Positions 36,278 to 45,520 of a stretch of DNA of 64,000 nt are shown one piece after another. The number at the start of each line of letters is the position of its first letter. The first letter of the stretch is position 1. The stretch lies in NCBI GenBank assembly GCA_964012715.1, contig CAXGUG010000003.1:5163-69162 (forward strand), given 5' to 3'. The notes beneath the pieces were generated by a model. The model had not been told where the DNA came from and did not search any database. It worked only from the letters and a program-made list of their open reading frames with translations. Source of the stretch: an uncultured Rhodospirillaceae bacterium. GTDB taxonomy: Bacteria > Pseudomonadota > Alphaproteobacteria > Rhodospirillales > Casp-alpha2. The translations under genes were made by a program, and so were the position numbers.

Positions 36278-38010
36278 AGCCCGAAATCGATAAACAGCAG
36301 ACCGACGTTCTGATCCTGGGCTCCGGCGGCGCCGGGCTGTTCGCGGCCCTGCACGCCAAGGACTTGGCGCCGCACTTGAAGGTCACCGTCGCGGTCAAGG
36401 GCCTGCTGGGCAAGACCGGCTGCACCCGTATGGTGCAGGGTGGCTACAACGTCGCACTGGCCTCCGGCGACAGCGCCGAACGCCATTTCATGGATACGGT
36501 CGAGGGCGGCAAGTGGCTCAACAACCAGGAACTCGCCTGGACCCTGGTGACCGAGGCGCAGGTCCGCATCCGCGAGCTTGAGAACGAGCTGGGCTGCTAT
36601 TTCGACCGCAACCCGGACGGCACGGTCCACCAGAAAGCCTTCGCCGGGCAGACCTTCGATCGTACCGTGCACAAGGGCGACCTGACCGGGATCGAGATCA
36701 TCAATCGTCTGATGGAACAGACCTGGGCCCGCGACGTCGACAAGCTGGAAGATCACCGCGCCATTGAATTGGTCCGCTCCGACGACGGCTCGCGCATTTC
36801 CGGTGTGCTGTTCATCGATATGCGGACCGGGCAGTTCCGCTTTGTTCAGGCCAAGGCCGTGCTGCTGGCGACCGGCGGCGGGCCGACCATGTACAAATAC
36901 CACACGCCGTCGGGCGACAAGTCCTGCGACGGCATGGCCATGGCCTTGCGCCTGGGTCTGCCGCTGCGCGACATGGAGATGGTGCAGTTCCACCCGACCG
37001 GCCTGATCGCCGGGTCGGACACCCGCATGACCGGCACGATCATCGAGGAAGGCCTGCGCGGTTTCGGCGGCTACCTTCTGGGCGGCGACGAAGAACGCTT
37101 CATGCATAAGTATGACGAGCGCAACGAGCGCGCGACCCGCGACATCGTGTCCCGCGCCATGTTCACCGAAATGCGCGCGGGCAACATCGCCCCCAACGGT
37201 GGCCTGTACATCACCATGCGCCATCTGGACACGCCCCAGGTGCGCAAGAACTTCAAGGGCATGGTCGAACGCTGCGCCGATTGCGGCTTCGATCTGGCCG
37301 AGGGCCTGGTCGAGGTTGTTCCCACGGCCCACTACATGATGGGCGGGGTCGAATTCAACGTCGATTGCTCGACGGCCCTGACCGGCCTGTTTGCGGCGGG
37401 CGAGGATACGGGTGGGGTGCACGGGGCCAACCGTCTGGGCGGTAACGGCGTCGCCAATTCGACCGTGTTCGGCGGCATCGCCGGGGACACCATCGCCGAA
37501 TGGACGCCAGATCATGGCCGCTTCGTCGAGCCGGACCCGACGGTTCTGGAGGATGCGGTGATGCGCGCCGGGCGGCCGCTTACCCAATCGGTGGAAAGCA
37601 CCGGGGGCGGGATCGACGGCGTGCGCAAGCGCCTGTACGACCTGATGTGGGAAGACGCCGGCATCATCCGCGACGCCGCCAGCCTGAAACGGGCCGAGGC
37701 GGGATTGGAAATTCTCGATCACGACTTGGACCGCTGCGGCGTCACCGGCACGGACCTGGCCTATAACCTGACCTGGCACGACTGGCTGAACCTGAAGAAC
37801 CTGATCCTGGTGTCGAAAGCCGTGACCGCCGCTGCCGTGGCGCGCGACGATTCCCGCGGGGCGCATTACCGGGCCGATTATCCGGACGTGCGCGACGTGG
37901 CAAATTCCCGCTTCACCCGCGTCACCCTGGACGGCCACGGCGTGATCCAGATGTCGACCGAGCCGGTCGCCTTCACCCGGGTCAAGCCGGGCGAAACCTT
38001 GTTGACCTAG
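36274..38010 (+). CDS. SDH/FRD-like flavoprotein subunit lacking the covalent-FAD histidine
   Basis: The protein has the FAD fold DVLILGSGGAGLFAALHA, the active-site contexts QFHPTG, EGLRGFGGYL, HYMMGGV and GANRLGGNG, and ESRGAHYR-like DSRGAHYR. In a by-eye alignment to E. coli SdhA (RSHTVSAQGG), the window sequence reads GCTRMVQGG, which places Cys at the His position. Confidence 0.85.
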   Translation: MKPEIDKQQTDVLILGSGGAGLFAALHAKDLAPHLKVTVAVKGLLGKTGCTRMVQGGYNVALASGDSAERHFMDTVEGGKWLNNQELAWTLVTEAQVRIRELENELGCYFDRNPDGTVHQKAFAGQTFDRTVHKGDLTGIEIINRLMEQTWARDVDKLEDHRAIELVRSDDGSRISGVLFIDMRTGQFRFVQAKAVLLATGGGPTMYKYHTPSGDKSCDGMAMALRLGLPLRDMEMVQFHPTGLIAGSDTRMTGTIIEEGLRGFGGYLLGGDEERFMHKYDERNERATRDIVSRAMFTEMRAGNIAPNGGLYITMRHLDTPQVRKNFKGMVERCADCGFDLAEGLVEVVPTAHYMMGGVEFNVDCSTALTGLFAAGEDTGGVHGANRLGGNGVANSTVFGGIAGDTIAEWTPDHGRFVEPDPTVLEDAVMRAGRPLTQSVESTGGGIDGVRKRLYDLMWEDAGIIRDAASLKRAEAGLEILDHDLDRCGVTGTDLAYNLTWHDWLNLKNLILVSKAVTAAAVARDDSRGAHYRADYPDVRDVANSRFTRVTLDGHGVIQMSTEPVAFTRVKPGETLLT

Positions 38011-38074
38011 GGGGCGGCGGAGTAGGGCGAATGGGGGCCGTGACAAGGTCCCCGTAACCCCTTAGCATCGCGGC

Positions 38075-38872
38075 ATGTTTTGGATGCGCACCCTTGGCGT
38101 GCCGGTTGTGGCCGCCCTGTTGCTCGCCGGTTGCCTGCAACTGTCGACGGCGCGGCGCGTGTCCGATCCGCCGAACAAGCCGCCCGCCGATCCGCTGGAC
38201 GTCTATACCTTCCAGATCGACAAAGCGCGGGAGACCGGAGCCTGGATCGAGGGCGAGCAATGGATCGGCAAGGTTCCGGCCAAGCTGATCGACGATTACC
38301 GCCGCTGGTTCGAACCTCAGGCCCAGCATTTCCCGCCGCTGTGGATTTATGCCTCGGCCCGAAAGTTCCAGGACGGCGGCGATTATCTGAAAGCCGCCTA
38401 TTGGTATATCGCCGCCCGTGAGCGGCAAATCCGCCAATTGCGCCGCTGCCGCGACGACAGCGCCAAGGAACAATTGATCTGGGCCGATGGGGCGTTTGCC
38501 ACTTTGCGGGCTGAAATGGGGCGCAATCCCGATCTGACGCGCTACGCCGCCAAGCACTCGTTTACCTGGCTGGATCTGCATCAGGATACGGATGCGGGGC
38601 TATTGGCGGCCTGCCTGCGCGGCGCGGCGGGGGCGGAGCGCTCGGCGAAAAAGGCGCGGCTGGTGCCCATCGACGGCGGCGGCGAAGGCAAGCGCAAGGC
38701 CTTTCGTCTGATCACCCCGCCGGTCGACAACCCGGCTGACTGGGTCGTCCCGGTCACGGAGATTTATGAAATTCGCACCTGGTCGCGTATCCTGATGAAG
38801 CAGGATGTCGCGAAGATTTTGGGCGAACCGGAACAGGAACCGCCCACGCCGACGGTCACGCCTCTGCGCTGA
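38075..38872 (+). CDS. hypothetical lipoprotein
   Basis: A signal peptide with the lipobox LLAGC is present. The remainder has no recognised family. Confidence 0.65.
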   Translation: MFWMRTLGVPVVAALLLAGCLQLSTARRVSDPPNKPPADPLDVYTFQIDKARETGAWIEGEQWIGKVPAKLIDDYRRWFEPQAQHFPPLWIYASARKFQDGGDYLKAAYWYIAARERQIRQLRRCRDDSAKEQLIWADGAFATLRAEMGRNPDLTRYAAKHSFTWLDLHQDTDAGLLAACLRGAAGAERSAKKARLVPIDGGGEGKRKAFRLITPPVDNPADWVVPVTEIYEIRTWSRILMKQDVAKILGEPEQEPPTPTVTPLR

Positions 38873-38975
38873 CAAATCGTGCGGGGAGGACTTTTTTAGC
38901 GGATTTCGAATACCCACGTGTGGTCCTGTGACCAAGCGCACTGCGGCTGCTTTGACGAGGGTTCAAGGATCAGGA

Positions 38976-40130
38976 ATGAGCAAACCGGCCTTTCCACAAA
39001 CACCCGACGGCGTTACCGATTGGGACCGGGTGTTCGAGCACCCCGAAGACGGTTTGATCGCCGTCATCGCCAGCGCCCCAAATGCGGCGGCGTTGCGCAA
39101 TTGTTTGTTGGTGGTGATCCGGCAGCTCTACACCCGCAAGAACGATGAGCTGGAAATCGCCCAGTTGACCAATCAGATCGAAAGCCTGTTCGATGGCGCG
39201 GACGGTTTGCCGACCGAAGCCGCGGTCGGTTTGCTGCGCTCGATCAAGGAGCAGCGTATCGCCAAGGCCGAGGCCTTTCTGGAGCGCAAGCGAGCCGGGA
39301 AGTCCGAACGGCGGAGCAAGGAACGCGGCCGGGGTGTGAAACGGGGGGCGTATCTCCTGTTCAAGAACCCGAAGTATCTGGCCATTACCACGGCGCTGGT
39401 GGCGGTCTTGGCGCTGGGCATGTTCATCCCATTGGAATTGTTCATGGGCGACGACGCATCGCCGCCCGCCGATGGTGCGCCGACGACGGCGCCTGCGGCC
39501 ATCCCGCCGGGTGAGAGTCCCCAGGCGGCAGGACAGCAGCCGGGATTGGGGCCGCTTCCTCCCGGACAATCCGGCAATGTTCAACCGGGCGCGGCGCAAC
39601 CGGGCATGACGCAGCCCGGAATGACGCAGCCGGGAATGGCGCAGCCACCCGCTGCCGCGCCCGCGGGCGAACCCGTTCAGCCGCGGGCACCCGTCGTCAT
39701 GCCGTTGCCGCCGTTCGACCCAAAGAAAGACGGCCCCGATGCGGAAGAGTATCCGCCGGTCGTTTTCTTCCGGCATGTCCCGATCCCGCGCAATTTCGGC
39801 GAACAACGTGCCGTCACGCCGATGGTTCTACCCGCGATCGTTTTGGCGGACCGAAAGGACATCGGAAAGATCTGCGCCCAATCGCCGCTGATCTACAGCA
39901 TGATGAACGTGGCGTTTTCGGATGCCCTGGCGGCCAAGTCCGAATTCAAGAAATGGGACTTGGACCGCATCGGTCGGGACCTGGGCGGGCGGCTGAACCA
40001 GGAATTGGGCGAGCCGTTGGTGACGCGGTTCCTGCTGATCAGGGGCGCCAATCGCAAGATCAGCGCCGGGACGAAGTGCTCCTTCGCCCCGAACTCCATG
40101 CTGCGTATGCTGGATGAATTTAAGAAGTAA
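38976..40130 (+). CDS. hypothetical single-pass membrane protein with a Pro/Gly/Gln-rich repeat linker
   Basis: The ATG at 38976 begins MSKPAFPQ. There is one TM segment (LAITTALVAVLALGMFIPL) and a QPG(A/M)(A/T) x4 repeat, followed by a C-terminal globular part of unknown family. Confidence 0.65.
   Translation: MSKPAFPQTPDGVTDWDRVFEHPEDGLIAVIASAPNAAALRNCLLVVIRQLYTRKNDELEIAQLTNQIESLFDGADGLPTEAAVGLLRSIKEQRIAKAEAFLERKRAGKSERRSKERGRGVKRGAYLLFKNPKYLAITTALVAVLALGMFIPLELFMGDDASPPADGAPTTAPAAIPPGESPQAAGQQPGLGPLPPGQSGNVQPGAAQPGMTQPGMTQPGMAQPPAAAPAGEPVQPRAPVVMPLPPFDPKKDGPDAEEYPPVVFFRHVPIPRNFGEQRAVTPMVLPAIVLADRKDIGKICAQSPLIYSMMNVAFSDALAAKSEFKKWDLDRIGRDLGGRLNQELGEPLVTRFLLIRGANRKISAGTKCSFAPNSMLRMLDEFKK
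39583..39645 (+). repeat. four tandem 15-bp units (CARCCGGGNATGRCG-like) encoding QPGAA/QPGMT/QPGMT/QPGMA
   Basis: Read directly from the sequence. The units are in frame. Confidence 0.85.
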
Positions 40131-40136
40131 CGGGAA

Positions 40137-41069
40137 CTAGGCGTCGGGTTCCGACGCCTTGATCGCGGCGATCGCCGTGGCGGCGAAGCGGGCTTCGGGC
40201 GGATCGGCGCGCGAGGTCAGGACGATCGGGACCTTGGCGCCCAGGACGATGCCTGCCGCCAGGCCGCTGTTGAAATAGACCAGCATTTTGAACAGGCCGT
40301 TGCCCATTTCGATATTGGGCACGACCAGAATGTCGGCATGTCCAGCGACGGGGCTGTCGATGCCTTTCAGTTCGGCGGCGGCCGGGGAAATGGCATTGTC
40401 GAAGGCGAACGGACCGTCGACAATTGCCCCGGTGATTTCTCCGGCGCGGGCGCGGTCGACGATGGCTTTGGCCTGAATGCTCGACGGCATCGCCGGGATC
40501 GGGCTTTCCGTGCCGGAGAGCATGGCGACCTTGGGTTCCGGATTGCCCAACGCATGGGCCAGGTCGACCGCGTTGCGGACAATGTCCATCAGGGTGTTTT
40601 CATTGGGGTGTACGTTGACCGCGCCGTCGGTGATCATCAGCACCCGGTCGCTGCCCGGCACGGTCATATGAAAGACGTGGGACAGGCGACGGCCGACACG
40701 CAGGCCGCCGTCACGGGCGACCACTGCGGCCATCAAGGCGTCGGTATGGATATGCCCCTTCATCAGGGCCCGGACCTCGCCGTCGCGGGCCAGGGCCACG
40801 GCGGCGCGGGCGGCGGCGCCCTCGTCCTCTTCCGTCACGTTGACGACGCGGTAATCCGAAATGTCCCAACCCATGGTCTGGGCCAGGCTTTCGATCTCGT
40901 CCTGATCGCCGACCAGAACCGGATCGATCAAGCCCGCCTCGGTCGCCTGACGGGCGCTTTCCATGACCACCATGTTATCGGCCCCGGCCACGGCCATGGG
41001 CACGCGGTCCCGGCCTTTGGCCAGATCGAGAAGATATTGGGGGACTTCGAAGGGGACGGTGCTGAGCAT
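40137..41069 (-). CDS. pta: phosphate acetyltransferase (short Pta/Ptb-type)
   Basis: 310 aa of the phosphate acetyl/butyryl transferase family (MAVAGADNMVVMESARQA, PVAGHADILVVPNIEMGN, TSRADP). It lies near xsc, as in known sulfoacetaldehyde clusters. Confidence 0.8.
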   Translation of the reverse strand: MLSTVPFEVPQYLLDLAKGRDRVPMAVAGADNMVVMESARQATEAGLIDPVLVGDQDEIESLAQTMGWDISDYRVVNVTEEDEGAAARAAVALARDGEVRALMKGHIHTDALMAAVVARDGGLRVGRRLSHVFHMTVPGSDRVLMITDGAVNVHPNENTLMDIVRNAVDLAHALGNPEPKVAMLSGTESPIPAMPSSIQAKAIVDRARAGEITGAIVDGPFAFDNAISPAAAELKGIDSPVAGHADILVVPNIEMGNGLFKMLVYFNSGLAAGIVLGAKVPIVLTSRADPPEARFAATAIAAIKASEPDA

Positions 41070-41119
41070 TCCGATAACCTATCCTAATTCGTTCGGTCTC
41101 TTGAGGAAAAATTCGGGCT

Positions 41120-41749
41120 TCACGCGGACTTGGCCTGGGCCAGAAGCACGGACTGTTGATGGCATTCCGGGTCTTCGAACGTGAAGCGGACAATGCCGAT
41201 GCCTAGGCCTGCGAGGACCTGTCTGTATTCGTCAGGCGCCAAGCTGGAATGATAGACGGGATCGTCGCCGACGGTGCCGGCGACTTCTCCTGCTTGCGGG
41301 CCCACGGTCAGCATCAACGCGCCGCCGGGTCTAAGGTGTGCCGCAAGCTTGGGTAGGACGGCGCGTTGTTCGTCCTGGCGCAGGTGGAAAAAACTGTTCC
41401 AGCCGATGATCCCATCGAACGTTTCCGGCAGGGAAAGCGTCCGCATGTCGGCCAGGCGCCAATCGCCTGAGGGAAACCGCTCCCGCGCGATGTCGAGCAT
41501 CGCCGTCGAAGCATCGACACCGACAACGTCGAAGCCTTGCGCGGTCATGTAGCGGGCGACGGGATCGCCGCTGCCGCAACCCAGATCCAGAACATTCCCC
41601 TCTGGCGGTAGCAGGCTCAGAAAACGGTCCAGCCACACCCGTTCGTGCAGCCCCTTCGCGCGTTCTGTGTCGAACCGTCGGGCGTTGCGTTCGTAGACGG
41701 TTTGCGTCGTCGCCGCCATAGCTGTGAGATCAGGATCAGGATCGGGCAA
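41120..41749 (-). CDS. class I SAM-dependent methyltransferase
   Basis: Motif I is VLDLGCGSGDPV. The post-I motif is VVGVDAS. LRPGGALML is also present. Confidence 0.8.
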   Translation of the reverse strand: MPDPDPDLTAMAATTQTVYERNARRFDTERAKGLHERVWLDRFLSLLPPEGNVLDLGCGSGDPVARYMTAQGFDVVGVDASTAMLDIARERFPSGDWRLADMRTLSLPETFDGIIGWNSFFHLRQDEQRAVLPKLAAHLRPGGALMLTVGPQAGEVAGTVGDDPVYHSSLAPDEYRQVLAGLGIGIVRFTFEDPECHQQSVLLAQAKSA

Positions 41750-41807
41750 GGTAGGACTATCGCTTCGATCAGGGGTGTTCGGCTTGGCTGTCCGGGATGT
41801 CCGCAGT

Positions 41808-41853
41808 ATCCGGAAATAAAGACGCCGGGGAAAGGTTCACCCTTTCCCCGGCG
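41808..41853 (-). terminator. strong rho-independent terminator downstream of xsc
   Basis: The plus strand reads CGCCGGGGAAAGG-TTCAC-CCTTTCCCCGGCG, a 13-bp perfect stem. On the minus strand it is followed by TCTTTATTTCC. Confidence 0.75.
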
Positions 41854-41888
41854 ATCTTATGCGTAGGCGGTAGGCTTTCGCTCAGGGC

Positions 41889-43673
41889 TTAGACGGCACC
41901 CTTCTGCGGGCGCATGTCGGCGGCGCTGATGCCGGCGACTTCGACCGGGGCCTTCATGGCGTCGCGGCGGAACGGCTCGCCCAGTTCCTGGTTCAGGATC
42001 ACTTCGATGAAGGTCGTGACCTTGTTTTCCATCTGATCCTTCACGGCCGCGTCCAGGGCTTCGGTCAGTTCCTGCATGGTCGTGACCTGCACGCCCTTGA
42101 GGCCACAGGCTTCGGCGATCTTGGCGTACTGAACGTCGAGGTCCAGTTCGGTGCCGACGAAGTTGTCCTGGTACCACAGGGTCGTGTTGCGCTTTTCAGC
42201 ACCCCACTGGTAGTTGCGGAAGATGATCATCGTGATCGCCGGCCATTCGTCACGGCCGCAGGCGGTCATTTCGTTCATCGAGATGCCGAAGGCGCCGTCA
42301 CCGGCAAAGCCCACGACCGGGGTGTCCGGATTGGCGATCTTGGCGCCCGTGATCGACGGGAAGCCGTAACCGCAGGGGCCGAACAGGCCCGGGGCCAGAT
42401 ACTTGCGGCCCTGCTCAAAGGTCGGATAGGCGTTGCCGATGGCGCAGTTGTTGCCGATGTCCGACGAGATGATGGCTTCGCGCGGCAGGGCGGCCTGAAT
42501 GGCGCGCCAGGCTTTGCGGGGCGACATCCGCTCCGGGTGCTTGTTGCGCGCACGCTCGTTCCAGGTGGTGCCCGGATCGTCGTCTTCGTGGTCCATGGAG
42601 GTCAGTTCCTGGGCCCAGCGCGATTTGGTGGTCGAGATCAGGTCTTCGCGTTCCTTGCGGCCCGCGTTGCCCGCTTCGGCGGACAGGCTGGCCAGGATCT
42701 GTTCGGCGACCTGCTTGGCATCGCCCTGGATGGCGACGTCGACCTTTTTGGTCAGGCCGATACGGCTGGCGTTGATGTCGACCTGGATGATCTTGGCGTT
42801 CTTCGGCCAGTAATCGATGCCGTAGCCCGGCAGGGTCGAGAACGGGTTGAGGCGCGTGCCCAGGGCCAGAACGACGTCGGCCTTGGCGATCAGTTCCATG
42901 CCCGCCTTGGAGCCGTTGTAGCCCAGCGGACCGGCGAACAGCGGGTGCGAGCCCGGGAAGGCGTCGTTGTGCTGATAGCCGCAGCAGACCGGAGCGGACA
43001 GACGCTCGGCAAGGGCCTTGGAGGCGTCGATGCCGCCCGCCAGAACCACGCCGGCGCCGTTCAGGATGACCGGGAACTTGGCCGAGGACAGCAGCTTGGC
43101 GGCGTCGGCGATGGCGCTCTTGCCGCCCGAGGGGCGTTCGATTTCGATGACCTGCGGCAGTTCGATGTCGACGATCTGGGTCCAGAAATCACGCGGCACG
43201 TTGATCTGCGCCGGGGCGGAACCACGCCAAGCTTCGGTGATCACGCGGTTCAGAACCTCGGCGATGCGGGTCGGGTCGCGGACTTCTTCCTGATAGCAGA
43301 CCATGTCTTCGAACAACTTCATCTGCGGGATTTCCTGGAAGCCGCCCTGACCGATGGTCTTGTTGGCGGCCTGCGGGGTGACCAGCAGCATCGGGGTGTG
43401 GTTCCAATAGGCGGTCTTGACCGGGGTCACGAAGTTGGTGATGCCGGGGCCGTTCTGGGCGACGCACATCGCCATCTTGCCCGACGAACGGGTGAAGCCG
43501 TCGGCCATCATCCCGGCGTTGCATTCATGGGCGCAGTCCCAGAAGGTGATGCCCGCCTTGGGGAACAGGTCCGAGATCGGCATCATGGCCGACCCGATGA
43601 TGCCGAAGGCATGCTCGATGCCGTGCATCTGAAGAACCTTAACGAAGGCCTCTTCGGTGTTCATTTTCGTCAT
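41889..43673 (-). CDS. xsc: sulfoacetaldehyde acetyltransferase (ThDP-dependent)
   Basis: MTKMNTEEAFVKVLQMHGIEHAFGIIGSAMMPISDLFPKAGITFWDCAHECNAGMMADG...TPQAANKTIGQGGFQE closely matches remembered Xsc N-termini. A GGGAGG RBS precedes this start, and the longer ORF to 43901 is rejected. Confidence 0.9.
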   Translation of the reverse strand: MTKMNTEEAFVKVLQMHGIEHAFGIIGSAMMPISDLFPKAGITFWDCAHECNAGMMADGFTRSSGKMAMCVAQNGPGITNFVTPVKTAYWNHTPMLLVTPQAANKTIGQGGFQEIPQMKLFEDMVCYQEEVRDPTRIAEVLNRVITEAWRGSAPAQINVPRDFWTQIVDIELPQVIEIERPSGGKSAIADAAKLLSSAKFPVILNGAGVVLAGGIDASKALAERLSAPVCCGYQHNDAFPGSHPLFAGPLGYNGSKAGMELIAKADVVLALGTRLNPFSTLPGYGIDYWPKNAKIIQVDINASRIGLTKKVDVAIQGDAKQVAEQILASLSAEAGNAGRKEREDLISTTKSRWAQELTSMDHEDDDPGTTWNERARNKHPERMSPRKAWRAIQAALPREAIISSDIGNNCAIGNAYPTFEQGRKYLAPGLFGPCGYGFPSITGAKIANPDTPVVGFAGDGAFGISMNEMTACGRDEWPAITMIIFRNYQWGAEKRNTTLWYQDNFVGTELDLDVQYAKIAEACGLKGVQVTTMQELTEALDAAVKDQMENKVTTFIEVILNQELGEPFRRDAMKAPVEVAGISAADMRPQKGAV

Positions 43674-43848
43674 TGCTTGGGATCCTCCCGTAAGCGTTTC
43701 GCCGGGCACGGCATTCGCCGCAGTGCGCCCGGCATTGGTTGTTGTTGCCAGAGTTATAGCATTCATCGCGCTGGCTTGCCCCGGTCGCGTAACGTCTCGA
43801 AACGTAAAGACGCGCAGGGCCCGGGAGCCTGCAATCCATAGGTCTTTG

Positions 43849-43879
43849 GTAGGGCCTGATGGGACTATGCAGTAGGGCC
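43849..43879. promoter_or_regulatory. direct repeat GTAGGGCC x2 (23-bp spacing) in the tauR-xsc intergenic region
   Basis: Read directly from the sequence: copies at 43849-43856 and 43872-43879, about 180-200 bp upstream of the xsc start. Confidence 0.3.
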
Positions 43880-43921
43880 AGTTTCGGGCAATTCGACGCA
43901 CCAGAACGCGGTAATGAGCTT

Positions 43922-43945
43922 AAATTGTCTCATTTATGACAATTT
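43922..43945. promoter_or_regulatory. inverted repeat AAATTGTC-N8-GACAATTT just downstream of the tauR stop
   Basis: Read directly from the sequence. The element is AT-rich, has perfect 8-bp arms and is not followed by a T-tract. Confidence 0.3.
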
Positions 43946-43974
43946 TGCATCATTTTGGGACCAATGGGCGGTGG

Positions 43975-45456
43975 TCAGGTTCCGCGTTTGACGATATCGG
44001 CCAACAGGCGGATGCCCGGCTCGATCCGTTCAGTCGCGATCGAGGAGAAACCCAGCCGGAAATGGTTCTTGGGCGCGTTCTTGCGGGCGAAGTTGACGCG
44101 GCCCGGCTCGATGATCAGGCCGTCGTCCAAGGCGCGGTCGGCCAGCCGTCCGGCATCGAAGCCGTCAGGCCCGCTGACCCAATAGCTGGTTCCGCCGAAG
44201 GTCGGGGCCTGGGACCAGCCGGGCAGGTGCTCGGCCAGGGCGTCGCCCATGATCTTCCACCGTTCCCGGTAGGCCTTCTGAAGCTTATGGACCAGGCTGT
44301 CGTGATGGCCGAGCGCCAGGAACAGGGCCGCCGTGCGCTGGTTGTTGTTGGGCGCGTGGCGCAGCATCAGGCGGCGCAGGGCGCGGGCTTCGCGGATCAG
44401 CGGCGCCGGACCGACCAGATAGCCCAGGCGCAGGCCCGGAAACAGCGTCTTGGAGAGGGAGCCGACATAGATCACGCGTCCCGCCGCATCCATGGATTTC
44501 AGCGCGGGGGTCGGTTCCGACACATAATTGGTTTCCCATTCGTAATCGTCTTCGATGATCACGAAGTCCTGATCCTCGGCGCGGGCCAGAAGTTCCTGCC
44601 GTCGGGATTTGGGCATGGTCACCGTGGTCGGGGCTTGGTGCGAGGGCGTGACGAAGGCCAGATCGCAGCCGTTCAGCCGCTCGTCGGCGGGCAGGCCGTG
44701 CTGATCGACGGGAATCGGTTCCACATGATCGGTCTTCAGGCCGAAGATGTTGCGCACGTCGGGATAACCCGGGTCCTCGATGGCGACGCGGGTGTCCGGC
44801 GCGACCAACAAGGCGGCCAGGATATAAAGCGCGTTCTGCGCCCCCAGGGTGACCAGGACTTCGTCCTCGCGGGCCAGGATGCCCCGGCGCGGCAGCAGGC
44901 GCGTTTGAATTTGTTCGATCAGCATCGGATCGTCGGCGGCCAAGGCGTCGCCGGTCCAGGCATCCATGCCCTTGCGGCCCAAAGCCTGGCGCGAACAATC
45001 GCGCCATTGCGCGATCGGGAACAGGGATTGATCGACCTGCCCATAGATGAAGGGGTAGGGGTAGGTCAGCCAGTTGCCCGGCTTTTCCACGTTCGATTGG
45101 TGCGACGGATGCACCCGGAACCGGTTGTTCCAGTCGGGCCCGGCGTCGGGTCGTGCGTCGCTGGGTTGAACCGGTGGGGCGGCGGGTTCGTCGGCGCGCC
45201 CGTCCAGAATATCGTCGGCGACGTAGAAGCCCGATCGTTCGCGCGATTCAAGGTAGCCGTCGTCGACCAACCCCTGATAGGCCAGGACCACGGTATTGCG
45301 CGAAACGCCCAGGCTTTTGGCCAGTTTTCGTGACGACGGCAGTGGGTCGCCCGGCGGCAATTGGCGGCCGAGAATGGCCGAAACCAGCATTTCCCGTATC
45401 TGCCCCTGGATCGAAATATTGGGCCGTCGGTCCAGATGAAATATGCCGTCGCGCAT
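43975..45456 (-). CDS. tauR: MocR-type GntR/PLP-dependent transcriptional regulator (TauR-like)
   Basis: An N-terminal GntR wHTH (QIREMLVSAILGRQLPPGDPLPSSRKLAKSLGVSRNTVVLAYQGLVDDGYL) is joined to a fold-type I aminotransferase-like domain (YVGSLSKTLFPGLRLGYLV carries the PLP Lys). The position upstream of xsc and divergent from the aminotransferase supports the call. Confidence 0.75.
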   Translation of the reverse strand: MRDGIFHLDRRPNISIQGQIREMLVSAILGRQLPPGDPLPSSRKLAKSLGVSRNTVVLAYQGLVDDGYLESRERSGFYVADDILDGRADEPAAPPVQPSDARPDAGPDWNNRFRVHPSHQSNVEKPGNWLTYPYPFIYGQVDQSLFPIAQWRDCSRQALGRKGMDAWTGDALAADDPMLIEQIQTRLLPRRGILAREDEVLVTLGAQNALYILAALLVAPDTRVAIEDPGYPDVRNIFGLKTDHVEPIPVDQHGLPADERLNGCDLAFVTPSHQAPTTVTMPKSRRQELLARAEDQDFVIIEDDYEWETNYVSEPTPALKSMDAAGRVIYVGSLSKTLFPGLRLGYLVGPAPLIREARALRRLMLRHAPNNNQRTAALFLALGHHDSLVHKLQKAYRERWKIMGDALAEHLPGWSQAPTFGGTSYWVSGPDGFDAGRLADRALDDGLIIEPGRVNFARKNAPKNHFRLGFSSIATERIEPGIRLLADIVKRGT

Positions 45457-45520
45457 GTCCGCCTATTCGTCTGCAATTTAGCGAAAAGTGGTCCAAGAAA
45501 TCGCCCGCGCTGGCTCTAAC

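Noticed and set aside
43674-43901. 76-codon upstream extension of xsc.
   Set aside because: Known Xsc proteins start at MTKMNTEEAF-like sequences. A GGGAGG RBS precedes the internal ATG, and the extension has no homology features.
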